Source: Candidatus Micrarchaeaceae archaeon (lineage in GTDB: Archaea; Micrarchaeota; Micrarchaeia; Micrarchaeales; CABMGC01). From it: a DNA stretch of 35,270 nucleotides. The notes beneath the pieces are model-generated. The model did not search any database and was not told the DNA's origin. It worked only from the letters and a program-made list of their open reading frames with translations. This document shows, one piece after another, positions 18,304-26,027 of this stretch; position 1 is the first letter of the stretch, and each line of letters starts with the position of its first letter. Location: positions 1 to 35,270 of the forward strand of contig JAVZVY010000005.1 in the NCBI GenBank assembly GCA_038878295.1, written 5' to 3'. The translations under genes were made by a program, and so were the position numbers.

Positions 18304-18846
18304 ATGTTCGGCAATGGAAAGCTATCATACTCAGGGAGTGAATCATATAGATACCTAAAACACGTTCTAAACGGCAAAGGCCCACTGCTGGTCGTGTCGC
18401 CGTATATAGATGTATATTATGCATCTGCACTAAAACGCATCTCAGCAAGCAGAAAGGTCTATGTTATAGCTTCTTCTATAGATGACAAGGCGCGCAAATA
18501 TCTAACCCATAGGCGGATAAGCTGGAACTTTCTTGCACTAGCTCTAATCTTTCTTGTTGCGTCTATTGCGCTAGGGTTATTGCCGCTTCTTGTTTCAATA
18601 GCGTTTTTTGCAGTTTTCTTCATGAGATACAAAACGCCTTCCAACATTTTCATCAAAGTGCCTGCATCGTTTGTTCACGCCAAGATTTATATAAGTGATG
18701 AAGCGGCTTTATACGGCTCTGCAAACCTTACATATGCGGGCATGCACAAGAACATTGAGCACATAGAACTTACGCGCAATAAGGACGAAATCGAGAGCCT
18801 TAGCAGGCAATTCTGGAAACTTTGGCGAAGTGCCAGCAAGGATTAA
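18304..18846 (+). CDS. single-HKD phospholipase D/Nuc-like protein with internal hydrophobic segment
   Basis: SPY, HAKIYISD (HxKx4D), GSANLT and NIE motifs; residues 74-107 are strongly hydrophobic. Confidence 0.85.
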   Translation: MFGNGKLSYSGSESYRYLKHVLNGKGPLLVVSPYIDVYYASALKRISASRKVYVIASSIDDKARKYLTHRRISWNFLALALIFLVASIALGLLPLLVSIAFFAVFFMRYKTPSNIFIKVPASFVHAKIYISDEAALYGSANLTYAGMHKNIEHIELTRNKDEIESLSRQFWKLWRSASKD

Positions 18847-18883
18847 AGATTTTGCCAGAGCATATTCTATACTTGTTGATTGC

Positions 18884-19495
18884 ATGCGACTCACCAAGAG
18901 ATCTAGCAACGCAGAAATGAGAAGGAAGCATGAAGAGTACTTGAAAGAATTGGAGAGGCGAAGGAACGATGAACTTTGGAACAGGTTTCTGAATGAGCAG
19001 AACGCAGATAGCGAAATGCCTCAGAAAAGCAAGAACAGCAAACCTACACTTAATGAACTTCTTAAAGACAGGCTCGAGCTTTTGGACGAATTAGATGCTA
19101 TCAATAAAAAACTTGAAGAAAACAAGGAGAAAATTGTAGAAATGATAAACAATAATAACCTTTGGAACGACAAAGGGTCTTTCAGCGCACCGATAAATGG
19201 CCGCACAATCTATGTGGTTAAATCTTCTAAGATTTCGGTTGATAAAATTGCAGAGAAAGAGTTTGTATCCGCAAACATAGGCAACATACCAGTGTCAGTT
19301 CTCTCTATAGACTTCACTTCGCTGAGAAAAGCCGCTGCAGAAGGATCAGCTGAAGCAAAGAGCATACTTGACAACGCTGCGGCGAGCGGCGTATTTGGCG
19401 TCAAGGAAATGATAGTCATAAAGGTGTACGGTAAAAACTCGAAAGAGCTTAGAGAAGATGGTAATATCCAATTGAAGCAGGAAAAGAGAGATTAA
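18884..19495 (+). CDS. hypothetical coiled-coil protein
   Basis: 203-aa ORF with heptad-like E/K/L-rich N-half; ATG at 18884 preceded by GTTG plus 5 nt. Confidence 0.7.
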   Translation: MRLTKRSSNAEMRRKHEEYLKELERRRNDELWNRFLNEQNADSEMPQKSKNSKPTLNELLKDRLELLDELDAINKKLEENKEKIVEMINNNNLWNDKGSFSAPINGRTIYVVKSSKISVDKIAEKEFVSANIGNIPVSVLSIDFTSLRKAAAEGSAEAKSILDNAAASGVFGVKEMIVIKVYGKNSKELREDGNIQLKQEKRD

Positions 19496-19497
19496 GT

Positions 19498-20217
19498 TTA
19501 TTTTGGCGGCTTATAGTATTTCATGTCCACAACAATCATGTGGTGGTTTCCGCTAAATCCTATGGTGTTTTTGAAAGCTTCCTCATCCATTGTTATCCTG
19601 CTGTCTGAATATGGATCGTTAACGTAAAAAGCGTCCTTGTCATAGCCGCTTACGACAACCCAATGCGGTGAAGACTCAAGCGTCGGGTTTATCGACTTTG
19701 CGTCAACAAGCAGTATAGGGAGATGCTTTGCTGAAAGCGCCTTCTTTATAAGCTTTAGGGAAACGTCAGAATTATACTCTTCTATGTTTGCGGCTCTAGC
19801 TCTGTTGCGTATTTCATTGAAAGAGGCTATAAGTGTGTCAAGGTTTATGCCCTCATACACAGCAAGCTTTCTTTCATAGCCCTCGTCTTGCACATTGCTT
19901 ACTATGCCAACCTTGGCACCGCGCTTTGCAAGGGCATATGCAAGCCCATACCTTGAGCCTGTCCAGACGCTGCCGTTAACGGCTTCCTGCCATATGTTGT
20001 ATTCCTCTTCCTTGCTCAGCTTTGTCTTGTTATTGATATATTTTAGCGCCATCAGCGCACACGCTGCAGATCCGGTAAATTCTTCTGTTTGCGCATAATG
20101 TGGAATCGTATAATTTATGCTCTTTTTAATCTTTGCCTTCTTTATCTTGTCGATAACATGCCCAGAAAGCTTAGGAGCAGTGTCTTTCTTCGCCCTAACC
20201 AGAAACCTTCTCGCCAT
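19498..20217 (-). CDS. peptidase C39-like (DUF3335-like) protein, catalytic Cys apparently replaced
   Basis: YAQTEEFT.., YGLAYALAKRG, SPHWVVVSGYD and YVNDP motifs; GGTG RBS. Confidence 0.8.
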   Translation of the reverse strand: MARRFLVRAKKDTAPKLSGHVIDKIKKAKIKKSINYTIPHYAQTEEFTGSAACALMALKYINNKTKLSKEEEYNIWQEAVNGSVWTGSRYGLAYALAKRGAKVGIVSNVQDEGYERKLAVYEGINLDTLIASFNEIRNRARAANIEEYNSDVSLKLIKKALSAKHLPILLVDAKSINPTLESSPHWVVVSGYDKDAFYVNDPYSDSRITMDEEAFKNTIGFSGNHHMIVVDMKYYKPPK

Positions 20218-20245
20218 AACGTCACCTTTCGCTTTTAAAAGAGCA

Positions 20246-20342
20246 TGCAGGGAGGGAGATTTGCTCCAAAGATTGAACTCCCGTAGGCCTAAGCCAACAG
20301 ATCTTGAGTCTGCCGCATTTGACCAGGCTCTGCCATCCCTGC
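20246..20342 (-). tRNA. tRNA-Leu(CAA) with 12-nt non-canonical intron in the T loop (20261-20272)
   Basis: GCAGGGA acceptor, GCAGA-CTCAAGA-TCTGT anticodon arm, long variable arm; removing TCTTTGGAGCAA restores the TTCAAAT T loop. Confidence 0.93.
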
Positions 20343-20527
20343 ACGCTACTATTTATCATAATTTCTATTTAAATCTTTCAATACAACAACTGTCGAACTC
20401 ATATATATAGCTATCTGCCGTTTCGTGCCTAAACTCGTGATTTGCTTAAAAAACTATGCGTGAAAAAGGCCCGAGCCGTAATTGAAGGTATGAAAGCCTC
20501 TAGATCAGCTTGTTTGGGCCGCTCTGT

Positions 20528-20884
20528 TTATTCCCTTGTGTAGCTCAGGCCTTTAATCAATACAGCGAACCTTCTGATTCGCTTCCTGTAGTCATATTTT
20601 TCTTTTTCTCTTGCCGTCGAAGTTACCTTGTTGTAGCAATCCGCGCATATGTATCTTTTTGCTACAATTCCCTCTCTGACAAAGCTGTCCTTCTCCTGCA
20701 TGTACGATGACGGCAATATCCTTACTTCGCCCTTCCTGAAGTACCTGTTGCAGATCATGCAGCTGTTTTCTATGAGATATTTCAGATCTTTGTCTTCGGC
20801 TTCCTCTATCGGGTATTCTTGCCCGTCCGAAGCCGCCCTTCGCATCTGAAATTCGTACTTTACCTTCCCACCAAATTCTTCCAT
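20528..20884 (-). CDS. hypothetical zinc-binding protein
   Basis: CMIC and CADC pairs; purine-rich RBS GAGGAGTG upstream. Confidence 0.72.
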   Translation of the reverse strand: MEEFGGKVKYEFQMRRAASDGQEYPIEEAEDKDLKYLIENSCMICNRYFRKGEVRILPSSYMQEKDSFVREGIVAKRYICADCYNKVTSTAREKEKYDYRKRIRRFAVLIKGLSYTRE

Positions 20885-21010
20885 TCCCCACTCCTCTACG
20901 GCTGCTTCCCCCGCAGCTTCAATTATCTTTATGCATATCTTATATTTATTTGTTTCGCAATTGTAGCATAAAAAGTATAATAATGGTGCATTGGAAAGCT
21001 TAGTGATTCA

Positions 21011-21871
21011 ATGCTATCAGTGGTTGCCATAGGTGGAAACGTGCTTTCCGACGAGCCAAACGCGCTGGGTTCTGCTTTAGAGGCCGTATACACCCTAAGC
21101 AGGCGTGGCAGCGTCGTCATAACGCATGGCAATGGTCCGCAGGTCGGCGAGCTGGCTCAGGAAGAGCGCAAGAGCCTTAGCATACTCACCGCGCAAACAT
21201 GCGCAGAGATAGGAGCGATCCTCGAAGCAAAACTTTCAAGTTACTTCGCTAGAAAGGGCGTTAAGCCAAAGATTGCCGTCGCACTCACCTACGTCAAAGT
21301 CAACAAAAGCGACGCGGCTTTTAGGAATCCGACGAAGCCTGTGGGCGAATTCTACGTTACCAGATCGGCAAAAGCACTTTCTCTGCGTGGCATTTCAGTC
21401 AAAAAATTCGACAAAGGCTACAGACGCGTAGTGGCATCGCCAAAACCTATAAAAATATTGAATATAAGCCTGATAAAAGATCTGCTGGCCGATGGCTACA
21501 TCGTGATTGCCGGAGGCGGAGGAGGCATACCAGTTGCTGACGGTCGCTTCGCAGATGCCGTAATAGACAAGGATCTCACAAGCTCGCTAATCGCTTCTGA
21601 ACTCGGTGCTAATGGCTTATTCATACTTACTGATGTTGACGGAGCTATGACCGGCTATGGCACAAAAAATGCAAAGCTTATCAGACATGCCACGGCAGAA
21701 GAGATGTACGAATATATGAAAAGTGGCGAATTCGAGGAGGGGAGCATGAAGCCAAAGGTTGAAGCAGCAATAAGCTTCGCAAGACGCACGCACAACAAAG
21801 CCGTAATAGGAAACATGTCAAAATCTGTCGAAGCCATAAAACTGAATGGCTGCACAGTCATAAGCCCTTAG
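21011..21871 (+). CDS. arcC: carbamate kinase
   Basis: AIGGN, THGNGPQVG, PTKP.G, RRVVASP, GGGGIPV, AVIDKD and GSMKPKV motifs. Confidence 0.92.
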   Translation: MLSVVAIGGNVLSDEPNALGSALEAVYTLSRRGSVVITHGNGPQVGELAQEERKSLSILTAQTCAEIGAILEAKLSSYFARKGVKPKIAVALTYVKVNKSDAAFRNPTKPVGEFYVTRSAKALSLRGISVKKFDKGYRRVVASPKPIKILNISLIKDLLADGYIVIAGGGGGIPVADGRFADAVIDKDLTSSLIASELGANGLFILTDVDGAMTGYGTKNAKLIRHATAEEMYEYMKSGEFEEGSMKPKVEAAISFARRTHNKAVIGNMSKSVEAIKLNGCTVISP

Positions 21872-22955
21872 ACTTTGCGATATTCTTTGCGATTTTTATT
21901 AAGTAGCCGATGCTTTTATCGGTCTTTATGCCGTCTCTGCTGAATTGAGTCCTGCTTGAGCCTCCAAGCTTTTCGACGAGTTCCAGCAAAGGCACGGAGC
22001 TTATGCCCAAGAACTTTGTGATTTTTGGCATGTAATAAAAAAGCGGCGTATCCAGCTCATTTTCAATAATCTTAAGAGTTTTCATCTCAGTGCCAGAGGC
22101 GCTTCTCAGCATGCGCCTAACGATATCCTTGTTGTAGAGGTTTCCAAGCCATAGCGGTCCGAAAAATTCCATTTCAGCGCCGCAATAAGCGCACTTCTTG
22201 CCAAGGCTGTTAGGTGCAAACGAGCAGCTGAAGTTCGAGCATCTTTTACAGTAAGTGCAGAATCCATTTTTTGATGCTGACTCATATGCGGCAGCTGCTC
22301 CCCTTCTAAGCCTTATAAAAACCCTGATGTAATGGAATTCCGCTATGCTTAGCATGACCTCTATGCCGAAGTTGAATTGTGCGGCAATTCTCGCTATGTA
22401 TCCTATAAGTATGCGCGTACCTGTTTCATGGCAAATATCCCCGTGAAGCGGAATAGCAGAATAAAGTTTTATGCATGCTGATCTGTGCGCGCCGCAAAGC
22501 ACTGCGGTGTCTGTTGCGGTCGCCATCAGGATGGTTCCATCCTTCGATATCTTCATCAAGTCGAAGACGTATGGTGCGACTGTGCCGAACGGGTCAAGGT
22601 CTATAATATCGTATGCGCCTACGCTTGTCGAATTGGTAAACTTCTGTATGCTTGCGTTTTTTACATCTGCTTTTATTCTATTGAGGCGCACATTTGTGCG
22701 AGTAAGCAAGGCTGCCTTTTTGTTTATATCTATAAAGCAAACATTGCGTAGCCCGCATTCTAACGCATACCTTATTCCGCGAATGCCGGTAGCCGCAGTG
22801 CAGTCGAGAAGCTTGGATTCCTCATTTACCATTCCAAGTTCTTTTGCTGCATTTAGAAAAAGCACGCTCATGTTCCTAAGGCCTGTAGCCTTCTGATTGT
22901 AGAAGACTCCGTCCAATAGTCTTATTTTTGCTTCGCCCTCTTTTATCATGTCCAT
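21858..22955 (-). CDS. trm1: tRNA (guanine26-N2)-dimethyltransferase
   Basis: VFYN, ATGIRGIRY, IDLDPFG, TATD, Zn ribbon and GPLWLG motifs. Confidence 0.95.
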   Translation of the reverse strand: MDMIKEGEAKIRLLDGVFYNQKATGLRNMSVLFLNAAKELGMVNEESKLLDCTAATGIRGIRYALECGLRNVCFIDINKKAALLTRTNVRLNRIKADVKNASIQKFTNSTSVGAYDIIDLDPFGTVAPYVFDLMKISKDGTILMATATDTAVLCGAHRSACIKLYSAIPLHGDICHETGTRILIGYIARIAAQFNFGIEVMLSIAEFHYIRVFIRLRRGAAAAYESASKNGFCTYCKRCSNFSCSFAPNSLGKKCAYCGAEMEFFGPLWLGNLYNKDIVRRMLRSASGTEMKTLKIIENELDTPLFYYMPKITKFLGISSVPLLELVEKLGGSSRTQFSRDGIKTDKSIGYLIKIAKNIAKSKGL

Positions 22956-22983
22956 GGAATCGTTTGAGTCGATTGTATAGCAA

Positions 22984-23223
22984 TCAATCGATATGTTCTA
23001 TTTTAATTAGCGCATCAGCAAGGCCATGCGCATATGAGATGCTTGCAAAGGCTGTAAAATAATCTTTTTTGGCGAGCCAATCTTTTGAATCTGCAGCATA
23101 CATCTTTGCAAGCTCGAAAACTGCACTCTTGTCAGCGTCAAGTTTAGCTGCAGAAAGTTTTTTCGCTGTCAAGCTGAATTTGTCTATGTCTTTTTCAATC
23201 CTAGCTTCTATGTTATTATCCAT
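22984..23223 (-). CDS. DUF357-domain protein
   Basis: ELAKMYAADSK...KDYFTAFASISYAHG..DA pattern; start taken at MDNN. Confidence 0.85.
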   Translation of the reverse strand: MDNNIEARIEKDIDKFSLTAKKLSAAKLDADKSAVFELAKMYAADSKDWLAKKDYFTAFASISYAHGLADALIKIEHID

Positions 23224-23431
23224 CGCATCATCAGCTTCAGCATTCTCTATAAAAGCCAAACTACAGCGTCATACCTAAACAATAAAAGTACCCCATCCAA
23301 TATTTATATAACTATACGCGCTGGTTCGTGGAGCATGCAAGTCATCCACTTCAACTTAACACTTAGCTGTGCGTACTTGGCACATGCGAATTGTTTAATA
23401 TCTTTACTGTGATAAGCTACTTGGTGATATT

Positions 23432-24037
23432 ATGGCTGAGAGTGAATTGCCTTGGGACGATACAACTGATATATTCGTTACGGAGTTGGATAAAAAAGTG
23501 GAAGACAGCCATGGATTCAAGTTGCGAGATCTGCTGCTCAATCCAATAAACTACACATCAAGGGCTGACTTTGCTGATACCTTCGCCGACATAAGAAAAA
23601 TTGTGGATGATTATTTCAAAGGGCTGCACGATACATACGCAGATGACGAGCAAAAATTCAATTCTGATCTTGAAGAGGTTTCGAATGAGTATTCCAAGAT
23701 AGACGGCCTTCTATCGCAAAAGGCAGCAGCCGCAAGCATACCATATATAAAGCCAATAAACGTAGTGCGCAATACGGACAACGACGAAAACATAGTAATA
23801 ACAAAATACGAAGGAAGTATGGATGCGCTTTTCGAAAGGCTAATCAGGCAATCAAATTACGTTGCTGACTTGTCGACCCAATACAAGCAATACACGATCG
23901 GCTCTTGGCTTTTTTCGGGAAGTAAGCAGTACCTCGTCTCGCTGCGGATGCCGGAAAGTATAGCTTTTGATCTGCAGGACGCCGAATCCACAATAGGTGC
24001 GCTGCTCGACAATATAAACCTGCTGATTCCTCATTGA
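23432..24037 (+). CDS. hypothetical acidic protein
   Basis: 201-aa D/E-rich ORF with GGTG RBS; no recognisable motif. Confidence 0.78.
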   Translation: MAESELPWDDTTDIFVTELDKKVEDSHGFKLRDLLLNPINYTSRADFADTFADIRKIVDDYFKGLHDTYADDEQKFNSDLEEVSNEYSKIDGLLSQKAAAASIPYIKPINVVRNTDNDENIVITKYEGSMDALFERLIRQSNYVADLSTQYKQYTIGSWLFSGSKQYLVSLRMPESIAFDLQDAESTIGALLDNINLLIPH

Positions 24038-24041
24038 TGCG

Positions 24042-24593
24042 ATGAAAAAAATCGTAGCCATAACTGGCACTCCCGGCGTAGGGAAGACTACGATAGCCAA
24101 GCTTCTTCAGCGTGAGGTAAAAGGATCGGTGCTGATCGAAGCTAACGACATAATTAACGCACAGAAGCTCTATTCACGTATAGACAGCGATGGAGCCAAA
24201 GTAGTGAAACTCAAGGCGTTGCAGCGTGCAGTTGCCGAGGCAGTAACACGCGCCAAGGGCGCAAAACTTATCATAATCGAAGGCCACATACTCTCAGACA
24301 TAAAGATAAGAGGCGCAATTGCCATAGTTATAAGAGAGCATATAAATAAGATAATTAAGAGACTTGAAGCTCGCGGTTATCCAAAGGAAAAGATAAATGA
24401 AAATGTGATAGCGGAAGCTGTAGACTATTGCGGCGTAAACGCTGAAAAAAACTACACAGAAGTTTATGAGATATTGTCCGGTCAGGATGCTGTTGGGAAA
24501 ATCATGCGTGCAATCTCGCGAAAACAGAAAAAAGAGCGCATAAACCTTATGCCAGAGCTATTGCCATTGCTGAAAAATGGCAAGGTAATCTAG
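24042..24593 (+). CDS. archaeal adenylate kinase AK6/Fap7 family
   Basis: GTPGVGKTT, IIIEGH and RLEARGY..EKI.EN motifs. Confidence 0.9.
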   Translation: MKKIVAITGTPGVGKTTIAKLLQREVKGSVLIEANDIINAQKLYSRIDSDGAKVVKLKALQRAVAEAVTRAKGAKLIIIEGHILSDIKIRGAIAIVIREHINKIIKRLEARGYPKEKINENVIAEAVDYCGVNAEKNYTEVYEILSGQDAVGKIMRAISRKQKKERINLMPELLPLLKNGKVI

Positions 24594-24597
24594 TCAA

Positions 24598-25974
24598 TCA
24601 GATTGAAATTTTCCTCATAAGCTCTGCGCAAAGATTTTCCAAGTATTTCTTTGGAATCTTGTCTACGAAAAGCTTCGACTTGTTGAACGATATGTCCTTG
24701 TGCTTTCCAAATCTGCCCCTTATCACATCATCGAAAAGTGCCTTAAGTGTCTTGTACTTGTTGGCCTCTATGGCGCCGATGGATTCGCCATTCACAACGA
24801 ATCCATAGCTATTCTTGTGCGCCTTTATGAACATCAATGCGTGCTCGCCCTGGAATGCACTGGGACCTTTTATTATCCTTGAGCCCAGATTCTGTTCCGG
24901 CGCGATGAAAACCATTGCGCCCTTGCCTCTTGAAATCCATTGGAGCGTGATATACACCGAGAAGCCATATTGAGCTGATGCGCGAACAATATTATCAGAT
25001 ATTTTCCTTAGTTCAGGCCATATTATTTCATCGCTCTTGTCTGGAACATTTACTATTATCATATATATGTGCAGGCCAGTTTTTTCTATGAAACTTTTTA
25101 TAAGAGATGTTGCTTCGGTTTCAGAAAAGCCCTTGCCGTAGAAAGTCCCTATGCTTGGCTTTTCAAGAAATATTGTGGCGATTAATGACAATCTTGCGAG
25201 CGATTCCTTAGATACTCCTGCAGCTACATTTCTGGCCGGGTCTATCGGATCTAATACAATAAAGTCAGAATTGAACTTGTCGAATAGCGCATTATCCCTA
25301 ATTTCGACTTTTCTATTCGGGTCGAGGCATACCGGGAGTCTTATCCTCGCAAGGCCTTCAAGTGCATTTTCAAGAGAGCCATAATGATATATAAGAAGTT
25401 CGCATAGATAGCCGGAAAATCCGCCCGTCTTTGTTTCTGCGCCGTATATACCGTGAACTTTCAGAAGATACTTAAGAAGCCTTACGTCGTCTTTCTGCTT
25501 TTCGTTCAAGCTTCTGTTTATGAATTCCACATGTAGCGGGCTTCTGTCTACGGCCGTGGCCATTTCTTCTATGCTCCCTATTTTTATTGCTGGCACGATG
25601 TCTGCCTTTATGTTATAATCATCAAGATAGATTCTCGTATATGGGTGCTCAGCATATTTTATCTCATAGCGCTCATGCTGCTTTTTTCTAACTATGCGCT
25701 TTGCGTAAGACAATGCCTTCTCGACCATCTCCTCTCGTTTTGTGCCTTTCTTGAAAAGCATGAATATATCTATGTCAGTGTCGCCGCGCAAATTCGTCCC
25801 GTGCGCTGTTGATCCAACAACTTCAATTTCTATGTCTTTTTCTACCACTTTCTTTAGGCGCAGCATTAGCTCATTTGTGTGAAGCGTTATCTCGTCTATC
25901 TCCTCTTTGGTAGGTTTTATCTGGGCAAGCACCCTGTCAAATATCTTTCGCATGGATCTAGCTTTTTCCTGCAT
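24598..25974 (-). CDS. cca: CCA-adding enzyme (archaeal class I)
   Basis: GS.A.GT.L.GD.DIDIF, YAEHPY, AVDRSPLH, YGAE...GFSGYLCELL and DPID..RNVA motifs; start may be 25974 or 25953. Confidence 0.96.
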   Translation of the reverse strand: MQEKARSMRKIFDRVLAQIKPTKEEIDEITLHTNELMLRLKKVVEKDIEIEVVGSTAHGTNLRGDTDIDIFMLFKKGTKREEMVEKALSYAKRIVRKKQHERYEIKYAEHPYTRIYLDDYNIKADIVPAIKIGSIEEMATAVDRSPLHVEFINRSLNEKQKDDVRLLKYLLKVHGIYGAETKTGGFSGYLCELLIYHYGSLENALEGLARIRLPVCLDPNRKVEIRDNALFDKFNSDFIVLDPIDPARNVAAGVSKESLARLSLIATIFLEKPSIGTFYGKGFSETEATSLIKSFIEKTGLHIYMIIVNVPDKSDEIIWPELRKISDNIVRASAQYGFSVYITLQWISRGKGAMVFIAPEQNLGSRIIKGPSAFQGEHALMFIKAHKNSYGFVVNGESIGAIEANKYKTLKALFDDVIRGRFGKHKDISFNKSKLFVDKIPKKYLENLCAELMRKISI

Positions 25975-25993
25975 GCTTAGATATTGAAAGCGC

Positions 25994-26005
25994 AATATAT
26001 AAATA
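25994..26005. promoter_or_regulatory. TATA box shared by divergent cca and tRNA-Ala
   Basis: AATATATAAATA lies about 25-30 nt from the tRNA 5' end and about 20-30 nt from the cca ATG. Confidence 0.5.
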
Positions 26006-26027
26006 GCGTTGTCCAGTTAATAAAATA

